Source of the DNA: an uncultured Gammaproteobacteria bacterium
Lineage (GTDB): Bacteria > Pseudomonadota > Gammaproteobacteria > JAURND01
Reading direction: 5' to 3'
Length of the DNA stretch: 64,000 nucleotides
Assembly: GCA_963714975.1 (NCBI GenBank)
Contig: CAVQQD010000002.1
Coordinates: forward strand, 960,001 to 1,024,000
The notes below the pieces were generated by a model. The model was not told the origin of the DNA. It was given only the letters and a program-made list of their open reading frames with translations, and did no database searches. Of the stretch, positions 1 to 9,769 are shown piece after piece (the first letter of the stretch is position 1; the number at the start of each line of letters is the position of its first letter). The position numbers and the translations under genes were made by a program.

Positions 1-3
1 ACA

Positions 4-763
4 ATGAACTCAAATAGTGAACTCAAAAAGAATGTACTTTTTTAGGTACGCGAGTAATGCTGTACATACCCTTAGTCCAAGCAATAGCAGGTTCTGCTGC
101 TCTAGGTAGCGCGTTAACTAAGGCATTTGGGTATGAATATAATAATGATGCTGCTTATTTAGCGAGTGGAGCGGGATGCACACTTGTGCTTGCAGCTATG
201 ATGACTCTGATTGTCATAATGTATTATCGAAATCGTCAGCCGGCCTCTGAGCAGACGCAACGTCATCACCAAGAAGCAGATTTCCCCGAAAAATTTAAGG
301 ACTTTCCGCGGGAATTGAAATCGCTGAGAGATACTCCTCGACAAACCCTTGAAGAGTATTATAGTTATTCAGCATTCCCCGCCATTGGCAACAAAAAGAG
401 ATGGCCTTGGGCCTGCTATTGTTACCTATGGCATCCGCTTTAATCGGGGCAGCAATCACGAATCAAGTGGGCCTCACTGCGTTGTCATTAAAAGATGCAG
501 CGATAGCCGGCGCCGCTGGGATTCCAATCTTGTTTTTACTTGTCGGATTCTTTACCTTATTGCATCATCTAGATAAATGGTATAAATGCCCAGATCCCTC
601 TAAAACAGCAACAGACGGAGAAACTGCTTACTTCGCTTCAGAAAATGCCGCACGCTCGGCCACAAACACTCATTTGGAAAATATAGTACCACACGCGGGC
701 GCAAATCCCTCACCGGATTCTTATACATGCTCTTCTTTGTTTTCTTGCTTTGGTCAGCATTAA
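4..763 (+). pseudogene. Multi-TM hypothetical protein split by two single-base frameshifts (probably assembly errors)
   Basis: ATG at 4. Adding one T to the T-run at 38-43 joins it to ORF 57..443, and adding one A to the A-run at 393-397 joins ORF 401..763. The two halves carry similar Gly/Ala-rich hydrophobic modules. Confidence 0.5.
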
Positions 764-888
764 AAGCACACCGTCTCTGAAGAGTGCCAAAATAAATGTC
801 ATCCAAAGGACTGTTGATTGCGCTTACTAAATTAATCCGCCCTTAAGAAATATTTGCATTTCGGCCAAAGTCAATGAATAATGACGAA

Positions 889-1330
889 ACCTCGGGGGCT
901 TGCGCCGCCGAGGCCGCGCCGAAAGAATGACCCAATCATTCTTGAGGCACTTTCACAACAACTACCTACATGAGAGGTTAGCCGCAGTGACAGCTTTAGC
1001 TTATCGCAATGTGCGTTCGCACAAAACTCTTTTCTTGAGGTTCACTTCATTTTTCACCTGGCGTTGGACTAGGCAATCGTGGTATGCCTGGATCAATCAG
1101 CTTTTACCCCATGAGAACTCCTCGATTGTCCGCGGCGTGTTGTGGACTTGGGGTACGAGTGTCCAGGTTTTTGGGGGGTGTTCATCCAGTCAACGAGGGG
1201 TAAGCGAGTAGCAGAGGAGTATAGGTATGGCGAAGTAACGCTGTATTTTCCTCGCTTCGCCATCACCTACCCAAATCCTCTGTTGCCGCTTACCTGATTC
1301 GATGCGTTCTTCGCATCCACCCAGGAACAC
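889..1330 (+). ncRNA. Candidate large structured RNA / 5' leader
   Basis: Run of hairpins (890-913, 924-943, 1010-1023, 1071-1089, 1128-1147, long stem 1199-1294, 1301-1317). G-U pairs form only on the + strand. No convincing ORF. Confidence 0.4.
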
Positions 1331-1334
1331 GCCG

Positions 1335-1544
1335 ATGACCCCGAATAAAATTAAACCCGTTTTCAAATACGACACAACTCACGCGCCCATTTCGTTTGAT
1401 CAGGCGCATTGTTTACTGACAATAAGTATTGGTCAAGAAGTGCACGAAGACGAATCCTTTGCGGCGACCACAGCTTTGGCACGCCAACAGTTTGCACGCT
1501 GCACTTTGTTCATTCCCTTTCAACAACAGGACACTTATCCATGA
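1335..1544 (+). CDS. 69-aa ORF resembling the N-terminus of an XYP-type tRNA-dependent cyclodipeptide synthase (truncated)
   Basis: AGGA SD at 1323-1326. Motif CLLTISIGQEVHE..F.AT..L..QQF..CTL recalls Legionellales CDPS-like proteins. Confidence 0.45.
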   Translation: MTPNKIKPVFKYDTTHAPISFDQAHCLLTISIGQEVHEDESFAATTALARQQFARCTLFIPFQQQDTYP

Positions 1545-1936
1545 AAAATGTATTACTCATTGAACCTGATCCAAAAATTGCCTACACCACTCGCCGATTT
1601 TTTGAAAGCTTGCATTGCTGCGTCAACGTGGTCAGTAGCGGACTTGCCGCTTTAGAAAAGCTACCCCAGACCTATCGGTTAATTGTGATGAATCTAGAGC
1701 TACTGGATTTAAATGGTCTTGAAATCACCCGCTATCTGCGCCAAGGCAAAGGACCCAATAGTAAGACGCCCATAGTTATTGTCACTACACACGAAGATAT
1801 GCAGCAAAAAATTCAAGCCTATGAACTAGGGGTCAAAGCATTTTTACTCAAACCCCTGACCAAAGAATTATGTCGGCAACTGATTGATGATTTAGTATTG
1901 TCAGCCGCAGCCCCTCATTATTTTCTTGAGAATTAA
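1541..1936 (+). CDS. Stand-alone response regulator receiver-like protein (atypical)
   Basis: CheY-like pattern VLLIE..., NGLEIT..LR, TPIVIVT, FLLKP. ATGA overlap with the upstream ORF and AGGA SD at 1528-1531. Confidence 0.8.
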   Translation: MKNVLLIEPDPKIAYTTRRFFESLHCCVNVVSSGLAALEKLPQTYRLIVMNLELLDLNGLEITRYLRQGKGPNSKTPIVIVTTHEDMQQKIQAYELGVKAFLLKPLTKELCRQLIDDLVLSAAAPHYFLEN

Positions 1937-1993
1937 AAATTAGACGACGGTTAATCAGTTGCTTTAAATAAGATGTGTGCATCGGATAGCTAC

Positions 1994-2032
1994 CTAAATC
2001 CCCCCTCTACCCCCCTTTTTCAAAGGGGGGGG
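1994..2032. repeat. REP-like palindrome family B (CCCCCTTT.AAAGGGGG), encodes the RibF C-terminus
   Basis: Same core at ~24007, 34170, 47672, 57540-57605, 57793, 57890, 58832, 62897. Confidence 0.8.
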
Positions 2033-2959
2033 TTGGGTCTGTAAATAAGCTTTGGCTTCTTCAGCATCTTTTAAAATTTGCTGACGCAATAAGTCAAAAT
2101 TCGGGTAGCGAATTTCATCTCGCAATTTATGAATAAATTCCACGTAAATATGTTGCCCATAAATATCACGATTGAAATTAAATAAATGGACTTCCAGCAA
2201 ACTGCGGGTACCATCGATGGTGGGCCGATTACCAACATTGGCAACGCCTTCAATAGGAATTTCACCTAAGCCATGGACTAGGACCACATAAACCCCCTGG
2301 ACTGGCACTGCCTTGCGATGCAAAAATAAATTAGCCGTAGGAAAGCCAATAATCCGACCGCGCTTATCACCATGCGCTACTTTACCTGAAATACCATAAC
2401 GCCTACCCATGAATTGCTGCGCTTTGGTTAAATCCCCAGCCTCAAGCGCCATCCGGACTTGTGAACTGCTCACCCGCCGCCCTTCCATGATAAAAGTAGG
2501 CATACTTTGAGCTTGGAAATGATATTCTGGGCCGCGTTGTTTTAATAGCTCAATATTTCCTTCTCGCTTAGCACCAAAACGAAAATCATCTCCAACTAAA
2601 ACAAAGGAAGCCTGCAGGTGCTCGACTAAAATAGTTTTAATAAAATCCTCTGCAGAAAGCTGTGCTAAAGCAGCATTAAAGCGTAAGCCTAAGACATAAT
2701 TCACCCCTAAATCTTGCAAAGCAATTAATTTTTCTCGCAATCGCATCAATCGCGCTGGCGTTTTGCCTGGAGCAAAAAATTCATTTGGTTGGGGCTCAAA
2801 AGTAATGACTAAGGAAGGCTGTTTTAATTCCAGCGACTTTTCAATTAACCTCTGGACTAATTGCTGATGACCTAAGTGTACGCCGTCAAAATTACCAATG
2901 GTCACTACACAACCTGAAAATCCAGGTGGCAAATTAAAAATTTCACGAATGAGTTTCAT
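1994..2959 (-). CDS. ribF: Bifunctional riboflavin kinase/FAD synthetase
   Basis: TIGNFDGVHLGHQ, GDDFRFG, GRIIGFPTAN, LEVHLF motifs. Confidence 0.97.
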   Translation of the reverse strand: MKLIREIFNLPPGFSGCVVTIGNFDGVHLGHQQLVQRLIEKSLELKQPSLVITFEPQPNEFFAPGKTPARLMRLREKLIALQDLGVNYVLGLRFNAALAQLSAEDFIKTILVEHLQASFVLVGDDFRFGAKREGNIELLKQRGPEYHFQAQSMPTFIMEGRRVSSSQVRMALEAGDLTKAQQFMGRRYGISGKVAHGDKRGRIIGFPTANLFLHRKAVPVQGVYVVLVHGLGEIPIEGVANVGNRPTIDGTRSLLEVHLFNFNRDIYGQHIYVEFIHKLRDEIRYPNFDLLRQQILKDAEEAKAYLQTQPPPLKKGGRGGI

Positions 2960-2997
2960 TATTTCCCTCTCTCCTCTAATAACTCCTCGACCTTATT

Positions 2998-3022
2998 CCT
3001 TCTCCCACAAGGGGAGAAGGGA
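2998..3022. repeat. REP-like palindrome family A (CCTTCTCCCACAAGGGGAGAAGG)
   Basis: Copies or variants at ~10180, 13478, 14476, 14554, 18283, 18492, 22208, 23584, 29813, 41343, 42002, 42049, 48907, 49173, 50432, 60140. Confidence 0.85.
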
Positions 3023-3030
3023 TTTTTCAT

Positions 3031-4563
3031 TTATCTCCTAAAATCCCTTAAGCGCAGACCGGTTAACCACAGGCATCCCACATAACTTAATATAGCTATT
3101 CCAATCAAGCCAAAAAGATGCGAAACGCGTTGCTGCCAACCCCAATCTAACCAAGTAGTTACAGAGGGATTGATCCACCATAACAATGCAGCCATCACCG
3201 CACTGGCAAAAAATAATCTACCTAAATAAGCAATCCAACCTTTTTGAATGATGAAACCTTTTCGTGCCCATAATCCATAAAACAACAGGCCAGCATTGAG
3301 GCTGGAGGAAAGCGCAGTTGCTAAAGCTAAGCCTGCATGTCGTAACGACCAAATCAAAGCAAAATTAAGTGCCATATTGGCAAGTAATGAAATAACAGCA
3401 ATGCGCACTGGAGTTTTTATATCTTGTTGCGAATAAAAGCCAGAAGCAAGCACTTTGACTAACATAAAGCCAGGCAAACCAAAAGCATAAGCTTGCAAAC
3501 TCCAAGCTGACATCCACGCATCGTGCGGTTGAAAATTCCCATACTGAAATAACGCAATAAATAATGCTTGAGCCAAGAGATATAAACCAATCCCTGCTGG
3601 GATCGCAATCACTAAAACACAGCGTAATGCCCAATCTAGGCCGATAGAAAATTCCTCAATCGAGCCTTTTGCATATTGCTGTGATAAGTAAGGCAATACT
3701 ACGGTAGCTAGTGCCACCCCAAAAATTCCTAAAGGAAAATACGTGAGTCGATCTGAATAATACAACCAAGTAATGCTCCCTGGGGGCAAAAAAGAAGCAA
3801 ATAAAGTATCAATCAATAAACTTATCTGGGCTACAGACACCCCAAATAATGCTGGCACAAGCAATTTAAGTACGCGCCGTACTCCTGCATCTTTCCAAAC
3901 TAGCCGCGGCCAAACCAATAATTTATGCAAATAGAGTATAGGAAATTGAAACAAAAATTGCACCATGCCGGCAATGAGCACTCCCCAAGCTAGGGCTAAT
4001 ACCGGAGGGGTAAAATAAGCAGCCCCCCAAACGGCAGCAATAATCATCACTAAATTCAACCATGCCGGAGTAAAAGAAGGAACTCCAAAGAAGCCATAGC
4101 TATTTAAGACCGAGCCATAAAAAGCAGTCAGAGAAATTAACATCAAGTATGGGAAAGTTATCCGCAACATTTGGGTCGTTAACTCAAACCGTACTGGATC
4201 TTTGGCATAGCCAGGAGCAAATAAAGTTGTGAGCCAGGGCGTGCCAATGACCGCAAGGATGGTTACGGCCAGCAGAGCGATACCTAAAACCGCCTGCATT
4301 CGACTAATAAATTGCCGTACTTCAGCAAAGGAACGTTGTTGCCGATATTCGGAAAGCACGGGCACAAAAGCTTGGGCAAAAGCGCCTTCAGCAAACAAGC
4401 CGCGCATAAAATTCGGAATGCGAAAAGCCACATAGAAGGCATCAATGGCCGGCATGGCGCCAAATAAATGCGCGATTAATACATCTCGAATAAAACCCAG
4501 GATTCGAGAAATAGACGTCATGCCAGAAACTAAGGTAGTCGATCGAAATAAGGATTTGCTCAC
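3031..4563 (-). CDS. murJ: Lipid II flippase MurJ
   Basis: SRILGFIRD, AFRIPNFMRGLFAEGAF motifs, multi-TM. GTG start at 4563 overlaps the upstream TGA. Confidence 0.96.
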   Translation of the reverse strand: MSKSLFRSTTLVSGMTSISRILGFIRDVLIAHLFGAMPAIDAFYVAFRIPNFMRGLFAEGAFAQAFVPVLSEYRQQRSFAEVRQFISRMQAVLGIALLAVTILAVIGTPWLTTLFAPGYAKDPVRFELTTQMLRITFPYLMLISLTAFYGSVLNSYGFFGVPSFTPAWLNLVMIIAAVWGAAYFTPPVLALAWGVLIAGMVQFLFQFPILYLHKLLVWPRLVWKDAGVRRVLKLLVPALFGVSVAQISLLIDTLFASFLPPGSITWLYYSDRLTYFPLGIFGVALATVVLPYLSQQYAKGSIEEFSIGLDWALRCVLVIAIPAGIGLYLLAQALFIALFQYGNFQPHDAWMSAWSLQAYAFGLPGFMLVKVLASGFYSQQDIKTPVRIAVISLLANMALNFALIWSLRHAGLALATALSSSLNAGLLFYGLWARKGFIIQKGWIAYLGRLFFASAVMAALLWWINPSVTTWLDWGWQQRVSHLFGLIGIAILSYVGCLWLTGLRLRDFRR

Positions 4564-7500
4564 ACCCGCTCCACACCATAATGGGAGAATAAATAGTCCA
4601 ACCACAAGTCAGTTAAAATTTCTTGCATCCGGTTTTGTACGAGACGCTCATCTAAACTTTCTAAGTCTACCAATTCAAAAGGTTGGTCATGCCAAGAACA
4701 AGAAAATACCGCTTTGGTTCTTTTACCAGTATCAGGATCGACCTGCCATACAAGGCATTGGGCGCAAACCCCCTTGAGCATACATTGCATAGGCCCATAT
4801 ACCGAAGCAACAAATTTAGGGTTATTGAGAAAATAGGGTTTAAGCACACTATTTTTGGCGGTATAAAATGCCTTTAAAAAAGCATATTTACCAATTAGCA
4901 ACACTCGAGTGACTGCTTGCAAGGGAATTTCTGGGCTGCCTTCTAAGCCCCCCATGGCATAGCGCGCGAGCGTCGCAATTAAATCACCGGTGACAGCAAT
5001 ATCTTGGGGACGATTGCTAACAATAGGCTCGCCATGTTTGGTGACCCATATAATTTTATCGGCCGATTTTTCTAATTGCTCCATGCAAAATACTTCATCC
5101 GCCGTTTTAAATCCTGCCACATATAAGACACGATTGCCTGCAGCACGCATGGCAGCTCCTACCGACAAGAGATGAACAGCACTTAATCTCCCTCCAATCA
5201 CTAATACCGTTTCATTATCATGCGGGATTTTGGTTCGAACTCCGGTGGGGCCCATGACGGCGATAGGGTCGCCTGGGTGCAAAGTAGCAAATAGACGCGT
5301 ACTAGCCCCCTGCTCTAAAATCATAAAGGAAAGCGTGCCGGCTTGCTGATCTGCGTGACTGGCTAAAGCCGCAGTCCCCTCGGTTTGTAATGAAGTCTCG
5401 CCTACCACTGCGGCCTGGGTTTCAAAATTTTGCAGACGGTAAAATTGTCCGGGGGCAAAATTTCGTGCGGCCATGGGGGCATGAATTTTGAGTTCAATCA
5501 TACTCGGGGTATGGCGAATAATTTGCATGATCCGTGCATTAAACAATTGATTAATTTCGTTGGCAAAATTTTGATACTCCCGTAGATCCCCTATTCCTTG
5601 CGCTTTTTCACCCAGCGCTTGCAATATTTTTGGATAAGTACGTTTGCCTGAAGCAATGGCTTTTACTACACTGCCATGAAAAATGGGATGCGTGTCTCCC
5701 AAAAACGTGACTCGATAGCCCTGTTGTTGATAACTGGTAAAAGCGCCAAAATCTTCGATTTTACAATGTCCGTGCGGATGAACGACATGCAGCTCTCCAT
5801 TTAAATCATAGGCTTGGTATTCTGAGCCCTCCCGATGAAAAGTACCGCGATGTTCAAATTCATAGGCAATATTAGGTTTGGCTCCAGTCGCTACAAAAAT
5901 AGACTTGGCTGGTAACACATGTTCTTCATCACTTGCGACCCATTGTCGATTTTCATCGTAAAATTGCGATTCACTAATTAAAGCAGCCACATGCCCGTAC
6001 TCATCCAAACGGACTGCTTTTGGATTTAAACCTTCTGCATAATAAATGCCTTCTTCCAAAGCTTTAATGACTTCTTCATGATTTCTTAAGTAGGCTGGGG
6101 ATTCTCTTAACAAACGACGGTAGGCCACGGTGACGCCTCCCCAAGCTCGCAGCAGTGGAATAAAATTCACTGAGCGCTGTTGCTGCGCGGCCAGCTGGCG
6201 TTCTTCACGCACCAGGCGTCCATGGGTTAAAAACTCATTTAAGATCGCAAAACTGTGTTCATCAAATTGCTCACGCAGCCGTGCTTCTCCTAGCACCTCA
6301 GTCAGTCGTTCATAGCGATGCAAGACTTTTTCTACCTGCGCAATATAATAAGCCTGCACTTCAGTTGCCGTATCAATACCCGTCAGCCCACCGCCAATAA
6401 TTACTGCAGGTAAGCGAACTTGCAGCGTCGCTAAACTGCTTTCCTTGGCTGTGCCGGTCAGCTGTAATGCCATTAAAAAATCGTTCGCTTGCCGCATTCC
6501 GGGAGCCATGCTTCCAGGGATGGGTAAAGCTTTGGGTAACCCAGCACCCACGGCGACTGCCATATGATCAAAGCCTAAATCCCAAGCATCTTCGACTCGG
6601 ATCGTGCCACCAAAGCGGACATTGCCAAACACTTGAAAATGCGGACGACGGCAGAGGCTAATGTAAATGAGCTTCAGAAAATTTTTATCCCAGCGCACGG
6701 TAATGCCATACTCAGCCACACCACCAAATCCAGCCATAATTCTTTTATCTAAGGCCTCTTTAATGTCCTCATAACGATAAATAGGTTCTTGTAGATACAC
6801 AGCGGGCAAGGGCTCTATTTTTAGGCCATCGGCACCCACCACAGCACATCCCTCCATAAGCAAGTGATGCGCTAAAGAAAAGCCCGCTGGACCCATCCCC
6901 ATGACCAAAACTTTCAAGCCATTATAGGGTTTAGCCACCCACTGCGTTTGCCGAAGCGGATTCCAGCGAGTCAATAAATCATAGATTTCAACCCCCCAAG
7001 GTAAAGCGAGGACATCCGTCAAAATTCCGGTTTCGGTTTGCGGGATATTCACCGGATCTTGCTTTTGATAAATGCAGGCCTTCATGCAGTCGTTACAAAT
7101 TCGATGCCCTGTGGCTGGACACATGGGGTTATCGACCATAATCATGGCTAAAGCAGCAATCGGATAACCTTCTTTCTTTAGCACATGCATCTCGGAAATT
7201 TTTTCTTCCAAGGGGCAGCCTGTTTGTACTTCACCCAAGGGATTGGTTCTTAAGCCCTTCTCGGGTTCGCCTTTTTTTACCGGAAATCCTTTGGAACAAA
7301 AATCGCCATCTTTTTCATGACAGTACACACAGTAATGAATTTCATTGAGCACTTGGCGTTGAGTCATCCGTGGATCAGTCAGCATAAACCCATCACGGTG
7401 ACTAAAATTTTGCGGAGGTCCTTGCAGGCGACCCACTTCATCATTAGGCACCGGCTGCAAAGGAACCAATTGATAATAATCTAATTTATGTGGCAGCTGA

Positions 7501-8072
7501 AAACTAACCCAACCCGCAACATAAGCCTGGCCTTCCGGGTCCGTCATTGCCCGCACACACCAGCGGGTGAGCTGCTCTATCTGTGCAGCAAAGATTTGCT
7601 CATCCCGCAGATAATGCTGGCTCAAGCGCGCAATAGCTAATTCCTTATCCTCTACCTGAAAATCAAAATTTAGTAGCTCTTGGCATAACCAAGTATGCAG
7701 CTCAGAAAAAGACTCCACCACATCTTGTTTCAGCAAGCGTCGACGAGCTTGGCGTAACACATACCATTGCTTGAACGCAAAAATGGGTTGCTCGGATAAA
7801 GTAGCTTGTGCTGAAGCTTGCACAGCTTTTATTATGTCAAATAAAGCGGCAATCTGCTCCTCAACCAAAGGAGCGCAGGCTAATAATAAAGCGCTTCTTT
7901 CCTCGGCTGAGAAAATCCGCCGATGATGACGATAGGCAATTAAATCCTGGTAAAGTACCGGATTCTCACGCTCTAGTTGCGAGATAAACTGCTCATCAAA
8001 GCGCTCCAACCACAAAGGGTCAAATAAATCTTGAAAACAAGCATTTTTTAATTTAAGTTCTGGGTTGACCAT
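4560..8072 (-). CDS. Large FAD/Fe-S oxidoreductase: GltD/NfnB-like N-part fused to a PyrK/NfnA-like FAD-[2Fe-2S] C-part
   Basis: CxxCH, GCP, CPATGHRICNDCMKAC, GMGPAG and GGGLTG dinucleotide motifs; PGQF, MGPTG, MQCMLKGVCAQC..SC. Confidence 0.85.
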   Translation of the reverse strand: MVNPELKLKNACFQDLFDPLWLERFDEQFISQLERENPVLYQDLIAYRHHRRIFSAEERSALLLACAPLVEEQIAALFDIIKAVQASAQATLSEQPIFAFKQWYVLRQARRRLLKQDVVESFSELHTWLCQELLNFDFQVEDKELAIARLSQHYLRDEQIFAAQIEQLTRWCVRAMTDPEGQAYVAGWVSFQLPHKLDYYQLVPLQPVPNDEVGRLQGPPQNFSHRDGFMLTDPRMTQRQVLNEIHYCVYCHEKDGDFCSKGFPVKKGEPEKGLRTNPLGEVQTGCPLEEKISEMHVLKKEGYPIAALAMIMVDNPMCPATGHRICNDCMKACIYQKQDPVNIPQTETGILTDVLALPWGVEIYDLLTRWNPLRQTQWVAKPYNGLKVLVMGMGPAGFSLAHHLLMEGCAVVGADGLKIEPLPAVYLQEPIYRYEDIKEALDKRIMAGFGGVAEYGITVRWDKNFLKLIYISLCRRPHFQVFGNVRFGGTIRVEDAWDLGFDHMAVAVGAGLPKALPIPGSMAPGMRQANDFLMALQLTGTAKESSLATLQVRLPAVIIGGGLTGIDTATEVQAYYIAQVEKVLHRYERLTEVLGEARLREQFDEHSFAILNEFLTHGRLVREERQLAAQQQRSVNFIPLLRAWGGVTVAYRRLLRESPAYLRNHEEVIKALEEGIYYAEGLNPKAVRLDEYGHVAALISESQFYDENRQWVASDEEHVLPAKSIFVATGAKPNIAYEFEHRGTFHREGSEYQAYDLNGELHVVHPHGHCKIEDFGAFTSYQQQGYRVTFLGDTHPIFHGSVVKAIASGKRTYPKILQALGEKAQGIGDLREYQNFANEINQLFNARIMQIIRHTPSMIELKIHAPMAARNFAPGQFYRLQNFETQAAVVGETSLQTEGTAALASHADQQAGTLSFMILEQGASTRLFATLHPGDPIAVMGPTGVRTKIPHDNETVLVIGGRLSAVHLLSVGAAMRAAGNRVLYVAGFKTADEVFCMEQLEKSADKIIWVTKHGEPIVSNRPQDIAVTGDLIATLARYAMGGLEGSPEIPLQAVTRVLLIGKYAFLKAFYTAKNSVLKPYFLNNPKFVASVYGPMQCMLKGVCAQCLVWQVDPDTGKRTKAVFSCSWHDQPFELVDLESLDERLVQNRMQEILTDLWLDYLFSHYGVERV

Positions 8073-8094
8073 CGATGGTTCCGAAAGGTATACT
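8065..8094 (+). promoter_or_regulatory. Putative sigma70 promoter of the rpsP operon
   Basis: TTGACC-18-TATACT; overlaps the start codon of the divergent oxidoreductase. Confidence 0.5.
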
Positions 8095-8142
8095 AGCGGG
8101 CTTCAGTATACATTGATCTACTTCAGAGGACACTAAAAAATT

Positions 8143-8514
8143 ATGGTAGTAATTCGATTATCGCGCACTGGCGCCAAAAAACGTCCCTTTTACCACATCG
8201 TGGCTATTGCTCGTCATCGCGCACGTGACAGTGGAAATTTTATTGAACGTCTTGGCTATTTTAACCCGATTGCGAAAGGGGGAGAAAAGAAACTGCACCT
8301 TGAAAGTGAACGTATTGCTTATTGGAAAAGCCAAGGCGCCAAACCTTCGGAACGTGTGGAATCACTTATTAAATTATCCCAAATGACGCCTGAAGAATTG
8401 GAGCGTATTGCCAAGAAAAAAACTGATCGCAAAGCTACGAAAACATCAGCAGCTGAAGTAGCAGTAGCTGTAGAGGTAGCTGAGGGTGAGGGTAGCAAGG
8501 ATAGCGGCAATTAA
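8143..8514 (+). CDS. rpsP: 30S ribosomal protein S16 with C-terminal extension
   Basis: MVVIRLSRTGAKKRPFYHIV...FIERLGYFNP. Confidence 0.97.
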   Translation: MVVIRLSRTGAKKRPFYHIVAIARHRARDSGNFIERLGYFNPIAKGGEKKLHLESERIAYWKSQGAKPSERVESLIKLSQMTPEELERIAKKKTDRKATKTSAAEVAVAVEVAEGEGSKDSGN

Positions 8515-9013
8515 TAAACTGGTGACGCTCGGGCGACTTGGGAAAACTCATGGCGTATTAGGTTGGCTGCGGCTTATTTCTTTTACTGAACCTACCGAGA
8601 ATATTTTAACTTATGTTCCCTGGTTTATTAATATAGGAAAAGACTGGCAGCCCGTAAGCGAATACCAAACTAAACAGCAAGGGTCTCGTTTATATATAAA
8701 ATTTAGTGGTTACGATTCCCCAGAGAAAGCTAAGCAATTAACCAATGCGACCATTGCTGTGCTACGTTCGCAACTACCCCCACTGCCCGCCGGCGAATTT
8801 TATTGGGCTGATTTAGCAGGCTTGCGCGTCATTAATGAGCAGAATATTGAATTAGGTATCATTGACCATTTATTTGCAACCGGTTCAAACGATGTGCTGG
8901 TGGTTAAAAATGCTCAGCAAGAATGCTTAATACCTTATTTAAAGCAAGTAGTTTTAGCGATTGATCTTGATGCAGGGGTTATGCGAGTCGCATGGCAAGA
9001 AGATGAGGCATGA
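8486..9013 (+). CDS. rimM: Ribosome maturation factor RimM (start uncertain)
   Basis: GKTHGVLGW, EFYWADL.G, TGSNDVLVV, LIPY; operon position. Confidence 0.95.
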   Translation: MRVARIAAINKLVTLGRLGKTHGVLGWLRLISFTEPTENILTYVPWFINIGKDWQPVSEYQTKQQGSRLYIKFSGYDSPEKAKQLTNATIAVLRSQLPPLPAGEFYWADLAGLRVINEQNIELGIIDHLFATGSNDVLVVKNAQQECLIPYLKQVVLAIDLDAGVMRVAWQEDEA

Positions 9014-9756
9014 AGATTAGCATCATTAGTTTATTTCCAGAGATGTTTTCGGCCTTAAATTATGGCATTGTGGGCAGAGCACTGCAGCGCAAGCTAGTGG
9101 AGTTAAGCTATTTTAATCCGCGTGATTTTGCTCATGATCGTTATCGAACTGTGGATGATCGTCCTTACGGCGGTGGTCCAGGTATGGTAATGAAAGTACC
9201 GCCACTTGCTGAAGCGATTACAGTAGCACGAAAAGTTTGTTCTGCAGGCCCGGTCATTTATGTTTCACCTCAGGGAAAATTATTTAATCACGCAGCAGCA
9301 ATGCAGTTGGCGCAGCAGCAAGATTTTATTTTACTCAATGGTCGCTATGAAGGAATCGATGAACGACTGATTGCAACAATGGTTGACGAAGAATGGTCAA
9401 TCGGCGATTATGTATTAAGTGGCGGAGAGCTAGCTAGTATGGTGATAATTGACTCCGTGGTGCGTTGTCTACCGGGAGTGGTCGGGCATCAAGCTTCGGT
9501 AGCGCAGGACTCTTTTTCGCAGGATCGATTAGACTATCCACACTATACGCGTCCCGCAGCAGTCGAAGGCTTAAGTGTCCCTGCCCTATTAAATAGTGGC
9601 GATCATGCAGCAATTACGCGCTGGCGCTTGAAGCAGGCAGTGGGCCGAACTTGGCAACGTCGCCCTGACTTATTGAGCAAAAGACCACTGACAGCTTATG
9701 AAGAAATATTATTGCATGAGTTTATTGAAGAAGAACATAAGGACATGAAACTTTAA
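9010..9756 (+). CDS. trmD: tRNA (guanine37-N1)-methyltransferase
   Basis: [34 protein letters not shown]. Confidence 0.98.
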   Translation: MKISIISLFPEMFSALNYGIVGRALQRKLVELSYFNPRDFAHDRYRTVDDRPYGGGPGMVMKVPPLAEAITVARKVCSAGPVIYVSPQGKLFNHAAAMQLAQQQDFILLNGRYEGIDERLIATMVDEEWSIGDYVLSGGELASMVIIDSVVRCLPGVVGHQASVAQDSFSQDRLDYPHYTRPAAVEGLSVPALLNSGDHAAITRWRLKQAVGRTWQRRPDLLSKRPLTAYEEILLHEFIEEEHKDMKL

Positions 9757-9769
9757 CATCCCTGTCAAC

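Noticed and set aside
900-1211. 103-aa ORF in the structured region
   Set aside because: TTG start without SD, atypical composition, no recognisable domain.
1199-1294. 6S RNA, tmRNA or RNase P identity for the long hairpin
   Set aside because: No recognisable conserved motifs or usual gene context; kept as an unknown structured RNA.
8400-8514. S16 C-terminal extension as a novelty
   Set aside because: Low-complexity Lys/Ala/Glu extensions of S16 are common in several bacterial lineages.
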